A stretch of 64,000 nucleotides of DNA from an uncultured Dehalococcoidales bacterium (GTDB taxonomy: Bacteria > Chloroflexota > Dehalococcoidia > Dehalococcoidales > BS750m-G39). A program made the translations under genes and the position numbers. Of the stretch, positions 46,385 through 56,831 are shown one piece after another. How positions within the stretch are numbered: the first letter of the stretch is position 1; each line of letters opens with the position of its first letter. The notes under the pieces were generated by a model that ran no database searches, was not told the DNA's origin, and saw nothing but the letters and a program-made list of their open reading frames with translations. The stretch spans positions 700 through 64,699 of the forward strand of contig CAZDHX010000006.1 in NCBI GenBank assembly GCA_964505425.1, read 5' to 3'.

Positions 46385-46401
46385 GGTGCCACCTCCTCAA
46401 C

Positions 46402-47028
46402 TTATCGCGAGTAGTACTCAACGATGCTCTGCAACTCAAATTTAGCCTCAATGTCAGACGGGGTGGGCAGAGATATAACCTGACCAACACCCTTCTCTAT
46501 GTCCAGGCTCAGCCAGTCGGGAATAACCTTACCCTCAATACCTTGAACCATTTGCTCATAATAGCCGGTCTTGGTGCTGGTTTCCTTCCAGCCGATGGTG
46601 TCGCCCTCCTTGACCAGATAGGAGGGAATATCCACTTTGTGCCCGTTAACCATAATATGCCCGTGAAGAACGAGCTGGCGACCCTGCGAGCGGGAGTCGG
46701 CAAAGCCCAGGCGATAGACTATATTGTCCAGCCGTCTTTCCAGCAGCACCAGTAGATTTTCCCCGGTGATGCCTGCCTGCTTCTCCGCCGCTCCAAAAAA
46801 TCGCCGGAACTGTTTTTCCAGGATTCCATAGCTGTAGCGGGCTTTCTGCTTCTCCCGGAGTTGCACTCCGCGGTCGGAAAGCCGCCGACGCCGGCTGGGC
46901 TGCCGCCCCGGTGGCTTCCCCCGCCGCTCCATGGCGCACTTGGGACCGAAACACCGGCTACCCTTGAGCATTAATTTATCGCCACTGCGCCGGCATAGCC
47001 GACAAACCGCTGCCGTGTATCTTGCCAT
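46402..47028 (-). CDS. rpsD: 30S ribosomal protein S4 (zinc-ribbon type)
   Basis: Start at ATG 47028 ([14 protein letters not shown]). The ORF-track extension to 47067 would overlap rpsK. Confidence 0.95.
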   Translation of the reverse strand: MARYTAAVCRLCRRSGDKLMLKGSRCFGPKCAMERRGKPPGRQPSRRRRLSDRGVQLREKQKARYSYGILEKQFRRFFGAAEKQAGITGENLLVLLERRLDNIVYRLGFADSRSQGRQLVLHGHIMVNGHKVDIPSYLVKEGDTIGWKETSTKTGYYEQMVQGIEGKVIPDWLSLDIEKGVGQVISLPTPSDIEAKFELQSIVEYYSR

Positions 47029-47032
47029 CTGC

Positions 47033-47425
47033 CTACACCCGCCTCCTTTTACGTGGACGACAACCATCGTGGGGGATGGGGGTCACATCCCTGATGCTGG
47101 TAATAGCCAGCCCTGAAGCTTGGAGGGAGCGGATAGCTGCCTCCCGTCCACCCCCCGCCCCTTTGACATAGACCTCCACCTGGCGCAGCCCATGCTCCAT
47201 CCCTTTTCTGGCGGCATCGCGGGCGGCCAGTTGAGCAGCATAGGGAGTGCCCTTGCGCGAACCCTTAAACCCGGCAGTACCCGAGCTTCCCCAGGCAATA
47301 ACATTACCCTGGGGGTCGGTTAGGGTCACGATGATATTATTAAAGGTAGCCTGGATGTAAGCCTTCCCCGCCGGGATAGACTTGCGTTCCCGCTTTCTTT
47401 TCCTGATTTTCTTCTTTTCTGGCAC
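47033..47425 (-). CDS. rpsK: 30S ribosomal protein S11
   Basis: 130 aa with motifs ATFNNIIVT and C-terminal [13 protein letters not shown]. Confidence 0.95.
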   Translation of the reverse strand: MPEKKKIRKRKRERKSIPAGKAYIQATFNNIIVTLTDPQGNVIAWGSSGTAGFKGSRKGTPYAAQLAARDAARKGMEHGLRQVEVYVKGAGGGREAAIRSLQASGLAITSIRDVTPIPHDGCRPRKRRRV

Positions 47426-47444
47426 TTATCCTCCTAAAATGGTG

Positions 47445-47588
47445 TCAAAATTCCCTGAATATTTTGCTAAAGGCTGCGCCTAACCCGGCAAGGATGATGC
47501 CAGCGAGCAGGAGTGCGTCCATGGGGAAATAGGTGAAGTTTATGGCCAGAAGGACTATGCCAATCATAAAGAGTACCGCACCTACCAT
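47445..47588 (-). CDS. putative 47-aa hydrophobic membrane peptide between rpsM and rpsK
   Basis: AGGAGG (47600..47595), a 6-nt spacer, then ATG at 47588. Translation MVGAVLFMIGIVLLAINFTYFPMDALLLAGIILAGLGAAFSKIFREF. Fills the only large gap in the operon. Confidence 0.55.
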   Translation of the reverse strand: MVGAVLFMIGIVLLAINFTYFPMDALLLAGIILAGLGAAFSKIFREF

Positions 47589-47623
47589 TTTTAACCTCCT
47601 TGTGAGTTTTTTAGCCTATAGAC

Positions 47624-48013
47624 TTACTTTTTAGCTACGCCTCGCCTTTGCCCTCTACCGGCAACTGTCTTGCGGGGACCACGCTTGGTACGAGCATTTG
47701 TCCTTGTCCTCTGTCCCCTGACCGGCAGACCACGCCGGTGTCTTGAGCCCCGGTAGCTGCCAATCTCAATCAGGCGCTTGACATTAAGGTCAATCTCCTT
47801 CCTCAGCTCACCCTCAACGTTATGCTCCCGGTCGATAATCTCCCGCAGGCGATTGACCTCTTCTTCCGCCAGTTTGCTGACCACCGTTGATGGGTCAACA
47901 CCAGCCTCAGCCAGAATCTTCCGGCTTAAGGTAGAGCCAATGCCGTGGATATACTGCAGTGAGATGAAGATCTGCTTATTTTTGGGTATATCTACCCCGG
48001 CGATACGCGCCAT
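47624..48013 (-). CDS. rpsM: 30S ribosomal protein S13
   Basis: 129 aa. N-terminus [14 protein letters not shown]. Confidence 0.95.
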   Translation of the reverse strand: MARIAGVDIPKNKQIFISLQYIHGIGSTLSRKILAEAGVDPSTVVSKLAEEEVNRLREIIDREHNVEGELRKEIDLNVKRLIEIGSYRGSRHRRGLPVRGQRTRTNARTKRGPRKTVAGRGQRRGVAKK

Positions 48014-48024
48014 CTATATCCTCC

Positions 48025-48138
48025 TTATCCCTGCCTCTGCTTATGCTTCGGGTTGGAACAGATGACCCTGACCACCCCGCGCCGCTTTATTATCTTACAC
48101 TTTTCACATCTAACCTTAACTGAAGCCTTTACTTTCAT
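48025..48138 (-). CDS. rpmJ: 50S ribosomal protein L36
   Basis: Hand translation [37 protein letters not shown] (37 aa, below the ORF-track threshold). Confidence 0.9.
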   Translation of the reverse strand: MKVKASVKVRCEKCKIIKRRGVVRVICSNPKHKQRQG

Positions 48139-48152
48139 AACCTTCTCCCCTA

Positions 48153-48371
48153 TTACTTAAACCGGTAGGTAATCCTCCCCCGGGTCAGGTCATAAGGAGA
48201 AAGCTCGACCAGAACCCGGTCACCGGACAGTATTCTAATATAGTGCAACCTTATTTTACCTGAAATGTGAGCCAGCACCTTGTGCCCGTCAGCCAGCTCA
48301 ACACGGAACATGCCGTTGGGCAACGGCTCAACGACCGTCCCCTCAACCTCAATAGCCTCCTTCTTAGGCAT
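48153..48371 (-). CDS. infA: translation initiation factor IF-1
   Basis: Start at ATG 48371 ([13 protein letters not shown]..), 72 aa. The upstream ORF-track extension overlaps map. Confidence 0.95.
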   Translation of the reverse strand: MPKKEAIEVEGTVVEPLPNGMFRVELADGHKVLAHISGKIRLHYIRILSGDRVLVELSPYDLTRGRITYRFK

Positions 48372-49128
48372 AGGTTCCTTCCCTTGCCGTAAGCACCTCG
48401 GCTTCACCATCAGTAATGGCGATGGTGTGTTCAAAGTGGGCGGATAGGCTGCCATCGGCGGTGAGCACCGTCCAGTGGTCATCGCCAACCCGGACTTGCC
48501 AGTCACCCACATTTACCATCGGCTCGAGGGCAAGGGTCATGCCTTTCTCCAGCACCGGTCCCGTTCCCGCCGGCCCGAAGTTTGGTATCTGCGGCTCCTC
48601 GTGCATCTCCCGCCCGATGCCGTGACCGGAATACTCGCGCACTAAGGAGTATCCCCTTGCTTCGGCATAGCCTTGTATGGCAGCCGAAACATCTCCCAAT
48701 CTTGCCCCGGCACGGGCAGCAGCGATGCCGGCGGCTAGCGCACCTTTGGTAGCCTTAATCAGCTCTTGAGCCTGGGGGGAGATTTCCCCCAAGCCGATGG
48801 TGACCGCGCTGTCGCCCTGAAAGCCCATAAATAACACTCCCATGTCTAATGATACTATATCACCATTCCTTAAAACGCGCTCGCCGGGAATGCCGTGCAC
48901 CACCTCGTCGTTTATGGACACGCAGAGGTTAGCCGGGAAGCCACGGTATCCCTTGAAGGAAGGTTTGGCTCCCAGCCTTTCCACCTCTCTTGCCGCGATA
49001 GCGTCCAGTTCTTTGGTTTTCATTCCCTCTCTTGTCTGCTCCATCAGAGTCTCCAGAACGGCGGCTACAATCCTGCCTGCCTGGCGCATTATATCAATCT
49101 CTCGCTCCGATTTAATAATTATGCCCAT
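48364..49128 (-). CDS. map: type I methionine aminopeptidase
   Basis: 254 aa. VVHGIPG, D..D metal ligands, GHGIG, and E...E. Confidence 0.9.
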   Translation of the reverse strand: MGIIIKSEREIDIMRQAGRIVAAVLETLMEQTREGMKTKELDAIAAREVERLGAKPSFKGYRGFPANLCVSINDEVVHGIPGERVLRNGDIVSLDMGVLFMGFQGDSAVTIGLGEISPQAQELIKATKGALAAGIAAARAGARLGDVSAAIQGYAEARGYSLVREYSGHGIGREMHEEPQIPNFGPAGTGPVLEKGMTLALEPMVNVGDWQVRVGDDHWTVLTADGSLSAHFEHTIAITDGEAEVLTAREGTYA

Positions 49129-49788
49129 CTATCCCGCGATGGATGCTCCTTTAACGGCGGCGCTTATTCTCCCGGCCACCTCAGCCACCTCTCCCTGCCC
49201 GTCCACCTCCAGAAGCTTACCAGCCCGCCGGTAGTAATCGATTAGTGGGGCGGTCTCGGCAAAGTAGACCTCGAGCCGCTTTTTGATGGCCTCCTCCCTG
49301 TCATCGGGGCGCTGATAAAGCTCGCCGCCGCACTTATCACACCTGCCCCGGACCTTGGGCGGGGAGCTGGTAGCATGGCATGGGCTCTGGCACTGGCGGC
49401 AAATCCAGCGCCCACCAAGCCGATTTATCAGCTCCTCTTCCGAGACCTTAATGTATATTACCTTGTCCACCTTTTCGCTCTGCTGGGCTAATGCCTTATC
49501 CAGTGCCTCAGCCTGCTCCAGGTTGCGGGGGAAACCGTCAAGGATTACCCCCCCTTTGCCCTCCGGGGCAGAGAGTCGCTCCAGGACCATGGCTATGGTG
49601 AGCTGGTTAGGGACTAGCTCACCCCTTTCCATATAAGACTTAGCCTTTAAGCCCAATTCAGTCCCCTTTTCCAGTGCCTGCCGGAACAGGTCGCCGGTGG
49701 CGATATGAGCCAGATTTAGCTCCCCAGCCACCTTGGCCGCCTGCGTTCCCTTACCGGCGCCGGGGGCACCCAGAAAGATAATATACAC
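49129..49788 (-). CDS. adk: adenylate kinase with Cys4 zinc lid
   Basis: P-loop GAPGAGKGT and lid CRQC...CDKC. Confidence 0.9.
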   Translation of the reverse strand: MYIIFLGAPGAGKGTQAAKVAGELNLAHIATGDLFRQALEKGTELGLKAKSYMERGELVPNQLTIAMVLERLSAPEGKGGVILDGFPRNLEQAEALDKALAQQSEKVDKVIYIKVSEEELINRLGGRWICRQCQSPCHATSSPPKVRGRCDKCGGELYQRPDDREEAIKKRLEVYFAETAPLIDYYRRAGKLLEVDGQGEVAEVAGRISAAVKGASIAG

Positions 49789-49796
49789 CTTTTTTC

Positions 49797-51119
49797 CTAT
49801 TTGATGAAACCCTCATAGCGGCGCATTACCAGTTGCGCCTCCATCTGTTTCATGGTATCCAGAACAACACCGACCACAATGAGCATGCCCATGCTGGACA
49901 ATTGTATCATCTGGACATTGCTAACCTCTCGGGCAAGGAAGGGCATTACCGCCACTACTGCCAGGAACAAAGCTCCCGCCCAGGTAATACGTTTTATCAC
50001 CCCATCTAAGTACTCCTTGGTATGGGCTCCGGGTCTGATACCGGGGATAAACCCTCCCTGCCGCTGCAGGGTATTGGGCAAATCTTGCTGCTCAAAGATA
50101 ATCATGGTATAAAAGAAGGCAAAGCCGACCGTTAGCAGAAAGTAAAGACCCCAGTAGAATAAGCCCAGGGGCAGTGCCGCATTAGGGTCGAACAGACTCA
50201 TAATATGATTAGCCAGATTAGGGTCGGCTCCGGTGGGAGCAGCGAAGTAGCTGGCAACGACGCCGGGGAAGACAACGATTGACATGGCGAAGATGAGGGG
50301 TATCATGCCGGCGGTGTTTACCCGCAGCGGGATATGGGTTGAGCCTGACTGCCGGTACATACGACCGCCACGGAAGATGCTGCGAGAATACTGGACGGGG
50401 ACACGGCGGTGTGCCTCAGTAAAATAGACAATAAATACGGTGGTAGCCAGGGCAATAATAACGTAAACAAGGGTACCAACCCACTGCCCCTGTCCTGCCG
50501 CCAGGAAGACCTGTCCTGCGGTCTGCCAGTAGCCAGCGACGATACCGCCAAAGATTATTATTGATATGCCGTTACCGATTCCATACTCGGTGATACGCTC
50601 ACCCAGCCATACCAGAAACATGGTGCCGGCGATTAGGGACATAACCATGGTGAACATGGGCAGTGCTGCCGCCGCGCCGATGACCCCTTCGCGCTGGAGG
50701 TAGATGAGCTGTCCATAGCCCTGAAGACCAGCCAAGGGGACAGTCAGCCAGTGGGTAATGCGGTTAATCTGGTTCCTGCCTGACTCCCCTTCCTGAGAGA
50801 GGGCTCTTAGCTGGGGGATGACCGGCACCAGTAGCTGCATAACAATTGACGCCGTTATATAGGGATAGACCCCCATTGCCGCTATGCTGAACTGCCTCAT
50901 GGCACCGCCACTAAACATGTCAAGCATGCCGAGCAGGGCGTTGCGCTCAAACAGGTCATGCAGGGCGGCTAGGTCTACCCCGGGGAGGGGTATGTGAGCG
51001 ATGAAGCGGAAGGCTATCAGGATGGCAAAGGTAATGAGAATCCGCCGCCTTAAATCGGGCAGACTGAAGGCGTCAATCATTGCCTGCAGCAGACGCGGTC
51101 TAGCCTGTCTCGGTCTCAC
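49797..51119 (-). CDS. secY: preprotein translocase subunit SecY
   Basis: 440 aa with 10 helices. GTG start at 51119 preceded by GGAG. An alternative ATG lies at 51080. Confidence 0.9.
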   Translation of the reverse strand: MRPRQARPRLLQAMIDAFSLPDLRRRILITFAILIAFRFIAHIPLPGVDLAALHDLFERNALLGMLDMFSGGAMRQFSIAAMGVYPYITASIVMQLLVPVIPQLRALSQEGESGRNQINRITHWLTVPLAGLQGYGQLIYLQREGVIGAAAALPMFTMVMSLIAGTMFLVWLGERITEYGIGNGISIIIFGGIVAGYWQTAGQVFLAAGQGQWVGTLVYVIIALATTVFIVYFTEAHRRVPVQYSRSIFRGGRMYRQSGSTHIPLRVNTAGMIPLIFAMSIVVFPGVVASYFAAPTGADPNLANHIMSLFDPNAALPLGLFYWGLYFLLTVGFAFFYTMIIFEQQDLPNTLQRQGGFIPGIRPGAHTKEYLDGVIKRITWAGALFLAVVAVMPFLAREVSNVQMIQLSSMGMLIVVGVVLDTMKQMEAQLVMRRYEGFIK

Positions 51120-51561
51120 GCTTTATCTCCTCCGCTTTGCCTCCGGCGGCCTCTATCTTGGCTTTAGCTGCCGCCGAGAACTTGTTTGCCTTTATCGTCA
51201 GGGGGTGAGCCATATCACCCGCCGCCAGAATCTTAATCGGGCGCTTTGGAGATTTCACTATCCCCGAAGCAACCAGTTTCTCCGGCGTTACCTTGCTTCC
51301 CGGCTCAAAGACGCCGAGCTGGCCAATATTGACCGTGCTATATTGTGTCTTGAAGATATTGGTAAAGCCCCGCTTCTCCGGCAGGCGCTTGATTAGGGGC
51401 ATCTGTCCGCCTTCAAAGCCAGGGCGCACCTTATTGCCGGAGCGGGACTTTTGCCCTTTGCAACCACGCCCGGAATAGGTGCCATGACCGCTACCATCCC
51501 CCCGCCCCACCCGCTTCCTTTTCTTTTTAGCGCCCGGGGCTGGGGAGAGCTTTTCTAACAT
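51100..51561 (-). CDS. rplO: 50S ribosomal protein L15
   Basis: 153 aa with motif RVGRGDGSGHGTYSGRG. Confidence 0.95.
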   Translation of the reverse strand: MLEKLSPAPGAKKKRKRVGRGDGSGHGTYSGRGCKGQKSRSGNKVRPGFEGGQMPLIKRLPEKRGFTNIFKTQYSTVNIGQLGVFEPGSKVTPEKLVASGIVKSPKRPIKILAAGDMAHPLTIKANKFSAAAKAKIEAAGGKAEEIKRETETG

Positions 51562-51746
51562 CAGCCTGTCTCCTCCACCTTAACTAGATGCCTCACCCGG
51601 TTAATCATGCCCCGGATGGGGAGGGAATCATCATGGGTAACACTCTGGTTCAGCCGATTAAGCCCCAGAGCCTTCAGCGTCTTCTTCTGAGCCTTGGCAT
51701 AACCAATGCCGCTCTTGACCCAGGTGATACGCAGCTTAGCCACCAC
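51561..51746 (-). CDS. rpmD: 50S ribosomal protein L30
   Basis: 61 aa. [10 protein letters not shown]......K.LKALGL pattern. Confidence 0.9.
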   Translation of the reverse strand: MVAKLRITWVKSGIGYAKAQKKTLKALGLNRLNQSVTHDDSLPIRGMINRVRHLVKVEETG

Positions 51747-52263
51747 TTGCTTCCTCCTTGGCCTCAGTAAGGTCTAGCTTGCGGCGGGCTACTGCCTCCG
51801 CTGGCTCCTTGAGCTGGCTAAAGGCGATAATGGTCGCCTTAGCCGTATTAATCCGATTCGGACTGCCCAGCGATTTGGTCAGAATGTCCTTGATGCCGGC
51901 AGCCTCAACCACGGCTCTAATACTGCCACCGGCAATAATACCGGTGCCCGGTGCCGCCGGCTTTAACAGAACGTTGGCTGCACTGAACCGGACCTTTATC
52001 TCGTGAGGGATGGTCGTCTGGATTAAGGGGACCTTAATCAGGCTCTTTTTGGCGGTGGCTGAAGCCTTACTGATAGCCTCGGGGACGCTGTTAGCCTTAC
52101 CCACGCCGATGCCAACATGTCCATTGCCATCGCCGGTTACCACCAGGGCGCTGAAGCTGAGGCGTTTGCCCCCTTTCACCACCTTGGTCACCCGGTTGAT
52201 ATAGATCAGCTTGTCGTTCAGAGCCAGTTCCGTGGGGTCTATTTTGCTTATCTGCACTTTCAC
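51736..52263 (-). CDS. rpsE: 30S ribosomal protein S5
   Basis: 175 aa with motifs [30 protein letters not shown]. Confidence 0.95.
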   Translation of the reverse strand: MKVQISKIDPTELALNDKLIYINRVTKVVKGGKRLSFSALVVTGDGNGHVGIGVGKANSVPEAISKASATAKKSLIKVPLIQTTIPHEIKVRFSAANVLLKPAAPGTGIIAGGSIRAVVEAAGIKDILTKSLGSPNRINTAKATIIAFSQLKEPAEAVARRKLDLTEAKEEASGG

Positions 52264-52275
52264 CTGCTCTATCCC

Positions 52276-52635
52276 CTAAAACTCTAGTCCCGCCTGTCGG
52301 GCTGCCTCGGCGAGGGCTTTAACCCTGCCATGGTATTTGTAGCCACCGCGGTCAAAGACTACCTGCTTAATCCCTTTGTCTATTGCCCGCTTGGCTACCA
52401 GTGAACCAACCAGCTCCGCGCGGGCTGTCTTTGCCTTGCCCTCGGCTTCAATCTCAGCGTCAAGGGTTGAAGCCGAGGTCAGGGTCTGGCTCTTGGCATC
52501 ATCAATCACCTGAGCGTAAATATGGTTCAGGCTGCGAAAGACGCAGAGCCGGGGTTTCAATTCCGTGCCCCTTACCTTCGCCCTGACCCGCTGGTGTCTC
52601 CTTTTGCGTGCTAGCCTTGGTTCAACGGTTGCCAT
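52276..52635 (-). CDS. rplR: 50S ribosomal protein L18
   Basis: 119 aa. [18 protein letters not shown] and C-terminus ..ARQAGLEF. Confidence 0.95.
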   Translation of the reverse strand: MATVEPRLARKRRHQRVRAKVRGTELKPRLCVFRSLNHIYAQVIDDAKSQTLTSASTLDAEIEAEGKAKTARAELVGSLVAKRAIDKGIKQVVFDRGGYKYHGRVKALAEAARQAGLEF

Positions 52636-53189
52636 TATTCCTTCTTGCCTATCGCCTTGCCTGCCTTGCCCGGCTTGAGACGGACTGGCTCGCCAAGGTA
52701 TCTGATTCCCTTGCCCTTATAGGTATCGGGGGGACGAATCGCCCGAATTTCGGCGGCCATCTCACCCACTACCTCCTTATCAATGCCTGAGACCTTGATA
52801 CGGGTCCCCCCCTCTACATCAAGGGAGACGCCGGGTAGTGGTGATACCTCCACCGGCTGGGAGAAGCCAATGCGGAGTACCAGCTTATCGCCGGTCTTTT
52901 CCGCCCGATAGCCCACTCCCACAATCTCAAGGCTCTTGTCAAAGCCTTTGGTTACCCCCTCCACCATGTTAGCCAAAAGAGTTCGCGTTAGCCCGTGTAG
53001 TGAGCGGTGCGTCTTGCCGTTACTGGGTCGTGATACTATCAGGTTATTATTATCCAGGGTAATAGCCATATCCGGGTTGAGGCGGCGATGAAGCTCCCCC
53101 TTAGGACCGGTTACCGTGACTAGGTCCTTTTCAATGTTCACCTTTACCCCCTCTGGTACCGGTATTGGCATCTGTCCTATTCTAGACAT
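52635..53189 (-). CDS. rplF: 50S ribosomal protein L6
   Basis: 184 aa. N-terminus [15 protein letters not shown]. Confidence 0.95.
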   Translation of the reverse strand: MSRIGQMPIPVPEGVKVNIEKDLVTVTGPKGELHRRLNPDMAITLDNNNLIVSRPSNGKTHRSLHGLTRTLLANMVEGVTKGFDKSLEIVGVGYRAEKTGDKLVLRIGFSQPVEVSPLPGVSLDVEGGTRIKVSGIDKEVVGEMAAEIRAIRPPDTYKGKGIRYLGEPVRLKPGKAGKAIGKKE

Positions 53190-53207
53190 ATATCACCCCT
53201 GAACTCT

Positions 53208-53606
53208 TTACCATACATAGCATAGAAGTTCACCGCCAGTCCTCTGACGCCAGGCCTGCTGCCCGGTCATTACCCCCTTAGCTGTGGAAAGGATAGCCAC
53301 CCCCACGCCACCATAGACCCGGGGAATTTCCTTCTGCCCCACATATACCCTCAGCCCCGGCTTACTAACCCGTTCCAGGCCGGAGATGATTGGCTGCTTT
53401 TTCTCATCATATTTGAGGTGGAGCTTAACTGCCCGGTGCGGCTTGCCCCGGAGTACCTCGTAATCAGCGATGAACCCCTCCTCTTTGAGGATTTTGGTAA
53501 TCGCCAGCTTCGTCCTTGATAGTGGTACCAGCACAAAGTCATGCCTCGCGGTAACGGCATTGCGTATTCTGGTCAACATATCGGCTATTGGGTCAGAGAC
53601 GCTCAT
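53208..53606 (-). CDS. rpsH: 30S ribosomal protein S8
   Basis: ATG at 53606 ([17 protein letters not shown]) with GAGG upstream. The GTG at 53612 is also possible. Confidence 0.95.
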   Translation of the reverse strand: MSVSDPIADMLTRIRNAVTARHDFVLVPLSRTKLAITKILKEEGFIADYEVLRGKPHRAVKLHLKYDEKKQPIISGLERVSKPGLRVYVGQKEIPRVYGGVGVAILSTAKGVMTGQQAWRQRTGGELLCYVW

Positions 53607-53613
53607 ATCCACC

Positions 53614-53799
53614 TCACCAGCTTGCCTTCCTTACTCCGGGAATTTGCCCGGCTAAGGCTAACTTGCGGAAGCAAATCCGGCACAAGCCGAACTTGCGAAT
53701 ATAGGCTCTGGGCCGACCGCAGAGGTAGCAGCGGTTACGCTGCTGCACCCGGTATTTGGGCGGTCGCTTTGCTCTTAAGACTTGCGATAGTTTAGCCAT
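53614..53799 (-). CDS. rpsZ: 30S ribosomal protein S14, type Z (zinc-binding, 61 aa)
   Basis: Start at ATG 53799 (MAKLSQVL..). CYLCGRP...CRIC zinc motif. C-terminus ..RKASW. Confidence 0.9.
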   Translation of the reverse strand: MAKLSQVLRAKRPPKYRVQQRNRCYLCGRPRAYIRKFGLCRICFRKLALAGQIPGVRKASW

Positions 53800-53809
53800 A
53801 ACTGTCCTC

Positions 53810-54352
53810 TTACTCCCGGGCAAAGGGCACGCCTAATAGCTCCAGGAGTTGCCTGCCTTCCTCGTCGGTCTTAGCTGAGGTCATAATTGATACCTCCAGC
53901 CCCCGCGCCTTGTCTATCTTATCATAATCTATCTCGGGAAAGATGGTCTGCTCCTTGAAGCCGATGGTGTAATTACCCCGCCCGTCAAAGGAGTTGCGGG
54001 AAACCCCGTGAAACTCACGCATCCGGGGCAGGGTAACATTAACCAGCCGCTCAAAGAACTGGTACATTCGCTCTCCCCGCAGGGTCACCTTCAGTCCGAT
54101 AGGCATCCCCTCCCTCAGCCTGAAGGCGGCGATGGACTTCTTGGAGTGGGTGGTAACCGGGTGTTGCCCCGAGATGGCGGCTAAATCTCCCTCGGCGGCT
54201 TCCATAGCCTTGGCGTTCTGGATTGCCTCACCCAGCCCGATATTGAGGGCAATCTTTTCCAGGCGCGGCACCTGCATTACATTCTTGTAACTGAAGCTCT
54301 CCATCATCCGGGGGACAACCTCTTTTTTATATTTTTCCTTGAGCTGTGTCAT
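53810..54352 (-). CDS. rplE: 50S ribosomal protein L5
   Basis: 180 aa. Conserved spc-operon position between rplX and the S14 gene. Confidence 0.95.
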   Translation of the reverse strand: MTQLKEKYKKEVVPRMMESFSYKNVMQVPRLEKIALNIGLGEAIQNAKAMEAAEGDLAAISGQHPVTTHSKKSIAAFRLREGMPIGLKVTLRGERMYQFFERLVNVTLPRMREFHGVSRNSFDGRGNYTIGFKEQTIFPEIDYDKIDKARGLEVSIMTSAKTDEEGRQLLELLGVPFARE

Positions 54353-54664
54353 CTAGTCAATCACCTCGCCGCAGGAGCGACAAACGCGGACCTTTTTACC
54401 GTCAGCCAGGAAGCGGAAGCCGACCCGAGCCGGGTGGTTGCACTTATTGCACAGGAGCATAACATTGGAGACATTGATTGGCGCCTCACGCTCAATTATG
54501 CCTGCCTGCCTCACCGCTCCCGTCGCCCGGCTATGCCTCTTGATAAAGTTGATGCCTTCCACCAGCACCCGCTTATCTTTGGGGTAGGCAAAGCGCACCT
54601 TGCCACTTTTCCCCCTGTCCTTGCCGGCGATAATCAGCACGGTATCGTTCTTTCTGATTTTCAT
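54353..54664 (-). CDS. rplX: 50S ribosomal protein L24
   Basis: 103 aa. KIRKNDTVLIIAGKDRGKSGKV KOW motif. Confidence 0.95.
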   Translation of the reverse strand: MKIRKNDTVLIIAGKDRGKSGKVRFAYPKDKRVLVEGINFIKRHSRATGAVRQAGIIEREAPINVSNVMLLCNKCNHPARVGFRFLADGKKVRVCRSCGEVID

Positions 54665-54669
54665 CTTGG

Positions 54670-55038
54670 TTACACCACCTCAGGTGCCAGAGACAGAATC
54701 TTGGTAAAATTCCTCTCTCTCAGTTCCCTGGCTACTGGCCCAAATATTCTTGTCCCTTTAGGGTTATTCTTATCGGTTAGAATCACGGCGGCATTCTCGT
54801 CAAACCTGATATAAGAGCCGTCGGGGCGCCGCTGCTGCTTAGCACAGCGAATAATGACCGCCCTGACCACCTCCCCCTTCTTTACCAGTCCGCGGGGGGT
54901 CGCCTTTTTCACCGATGCTACGATAACGTCGCCGATGTGGGCATATTTCCGGCCACTGCCACCTAGGACGTTAATACACATAAGCTCTTTGGCACCGGTA
55001 TTATCGGCGGCTTTAACTCTGCTGTAGGCTTGAATCAT
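54670..55038 (-). CDS. rplN: 50S ribosomal protein L14
   Basis: 122 aa. N-terminus [18 protein letters not shown]. Confidence 0.95.
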   Translation of the reverse strand: MIQAYSRVKAADNTGAKELMCINVLGGSGRKYAHIGDVIVASVKKATPRGLVKKGEVVRAVIIRCAKQQRRPDGSYIRFDENAAVILTDKNNPKGTRIFGPVARELRERNFTKILSLAPEVV

Positions 55039-55044
55039 GTCGCT

Positions 55045-55494
55045 TTAGCCCTCGGTCTCCTTCTTCTCCTTAGTCTCTTTCTTAGTTTCTTTCTTAGTTT
55101 CTTCCTTGGTTTCTTCCTTGGTCTCTTCCTCAGGTTCAGCCTCAGCCTTAACCTCGGTTATCTCTTCCTTTTCCTTGGCTTTTTTCTCCAGTTGGACCTT
55201 GGCTAGATCCTCCTGGCTTATTTCCTCAGGCGTAATCTCCACCGCCTCTCCCTTGGTTATTATCTCAGCTACCCGCCAGCGCTTATCCTGGGAGCGGGGG
55301 CGCATTTCTACAATTCTTACCTTGTCCCCTATCTGGCACTTATTTTCCTCGTCATGGGCTTTATACTTGACCACCCTCCTGATGGTCTTCTTATATAGCG
55401 GGTGGCGTTTGGGGGTCTCCACCGCCACCACCACTGTCTTATCCATCTTATCGCTTACCACCAGGCCAAGCCTGGTTTTTTGCTTTGTTTCCAT
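55045..55494 (-). CDS. rpsQ: 30S ribosomal protein S17 with ~67-aa Lys/Glu/Thr-rich C-terminal extension
   Basis: The core ([15 protein letters not shown]...KRWRVAEII) ends near aa 82. The tail ends in ..[27 protein letters not shown]. Confidence 0.9.
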   Translation of the reverse strand: METKQKTRLGLVVSDKMDKTVVVAVETPKRHPLYKKTIRRVVKYKAHDEENKCQIGDKVRIVEMRPRSQDKRWRVAEIITKGEAVEITPEEISQEDLAKVQLEKKAKEKEEITEVKAEAEPEEETKEETKEETKKETKKETKEKKETEG

Positions 55495-55499
55495 AGATA

Positions 55500-55697
55500 C
55501 TACCTTTTAGTCAGCTCTCTTTCCCTTATTATTGTCTTGAGCTGAGCAATCCTCTTTCTAACCCTGGGGAGCTCACGATGGTTTACCAGTTGCTTGGTTG
55601 CCAGGCGAAAGCGAAGGTTAAACAGCTCTTGGTGAGCCTCCTCCAGTTGCTTCTTGAGCTCTTCAGTGTTAAGCGCTCTAATCTCTTCAACCTTCAC
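55500..55697 (-). CDS. rpmC: 50S ribosomal protein L29
   Basis: 65 aa. [14 protein letters not shown] motif. Confidence 0.9.
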   Translation of the reverse strand: MKVEEIRALNTEELKKQLEEAHQELFNLRFRLATKQLVNHRELPRVRKRIAQLKTIIRERELTKR

Positions 55698-56149
55698 TTA
55701 GCTAACCCCCCGGTAGCTTCCTTAGCGCCAACGGCGGCACCGGTTTCCCGAGCGACAAATCTACTGTTTATTGGCAGCTTATGCGCCGCCAGGCGCATTG
55801 CCTCTTTGGCTGTTGCCTCACTAACCCCGCCCATTTCAAACATGATTCTCCCCGGCTTGACCACCGCCACCCAGTGGTCTGGGGCGCCCTTACCGCCGCC
55901 TTGGCGTGTTTCCGCCGGCTTCTTGGTTGCCGGCTTATCGGGGAAGATGCGGACCCAGACATTGCCACCACGGCGGATGTGGTGGGTGATGGCGCGCCGA
56001 GCGGCTTCAATCTGCTGGCTGGTAATCCATGCCGGCTCCAGCGCCTGCAGACCAAAGTCGCCAAATTCGACCTCGCTCCCGGAGGTAGCTATACCCTTAC
56101 GCCGCCCCCGGTGACTCTTGCGATATTTTACCCGCTTCGGCTGTAGCAT
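55694..56149 (-). CDS. rplP: 50S ribosomal protein L16
   Basis: 151 aa. N-terminus [16 protein letters not shown]. About 15-aa Ala/Gly-rich C-terminal tail. Confidence 0.95.
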   Translation of the reverse strand: MLQPKRVKYRKSHRGRRKGIATSGSEVEFGDFGLQALEPAWITSQQIEAARRAITHHIRRGGNVWVRIFPDKPATKKPAETRQGGGKGAPDHWVAVVKPGRIMFEMGGVSEATAKEAMRLAAHKLPINSRFVARETGAAVGAKEATGGLAK

Positions 56150-56162
56150 TCTCTTCCTCTAA

Positions 56163-56831
56163 CTATGGCTCAACCGGAGTCTCCTCAGCCTCCAGCTTAC
56201 CTGGCTTGGTCAGGATATCACCCCGGTAAATCCAGACCTTCACCCCGATTCTGCCCAGGGTGGTATGCGCTTCGGCGAAGCCATAATCAATATCAGCCCG
56301 CAGGGTATGCAGTGGCACCTGCCCCTGATGCATAACCTCGCGGCGAGCTATCTCGGCACCACCAAGTCTGCCGGCACAGCTTAGTCTTATCCCCTTAGCC
56401 CCGGCCTGCGTGGTGCGGAATATTGATTGTTTCATTGCCCTGCGGAAGGCAACGCGATGCTCCATCTGGTCAGCGATTGCCCTGGCTACCAGATAGGCAT
56501 CAAGTTCCGGCTGCTGGACCTCAAGGATATTAAGTTGAATCCTCTTATCAATAAGGCCCTCAAGCTTGAGCCTCAGCTCGTCAACTCGCTGCCCTCCCCG
56601 CCCGATGACCACTCCGGGTCGGGCGGTGTGAATGGTTACCGTTACCTTATTTGCCTGGCGCTCAATCTCCACATCAGAGATAGCCGCTTCAGGACCTATG
56701 GAGTCAATAGCCTGGCGAATCTTTAGGTCTTCGTGTAAAAATTCGGAATAGCTCTTCTCGGCATACCACCGGGACTGCCAGTCGCGTATGAATCCGAGTC
56801 TAAAGCCTAAAGGATGAACCTTGTGTCCCAA
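56163..56831 (-). CDS. rpsC: 30S ribosomal protein S3
   Basis: 222 aa. N-terminus MGHKVHPLGFRLG. Confidence 0.95.
   Translation of the reverse strand: MGHKVHPLGFRLGFIRDWQSRWYAEKSYSEFLHEDLKIRQAIDSIGPEAAISDVEIERQANKVTVTIHTARPGVVIGRGGQRVDELRLKLEGLIDKRIQLNILEVQQPELDAYLVARAIADQMEHRVAFRRAMKQSIFRTTQAGAKGIRLSCAGRLGGAEIARREVMHQGQVPLHTLRADIDYGFAEAHTTLGRIGVKVWIYRGDILTKPGKLEAEETPVEP

Noticed and set aside
55106-55510. Long antisense or off-frame ORFs, e.g. 55106..55510, 38394..39041, 57540..58019, 60499..60990, 9001..9591, 10197..10739, 34725..35249, 55578..56114
   Set aside because: Each lies entirely within a confidently identified gene on the other strand or frame. Their compositions are low-complexity and Arg/Ser/Pro-rich, as is typical of shadow ORFs in GC-rich coding DNA.
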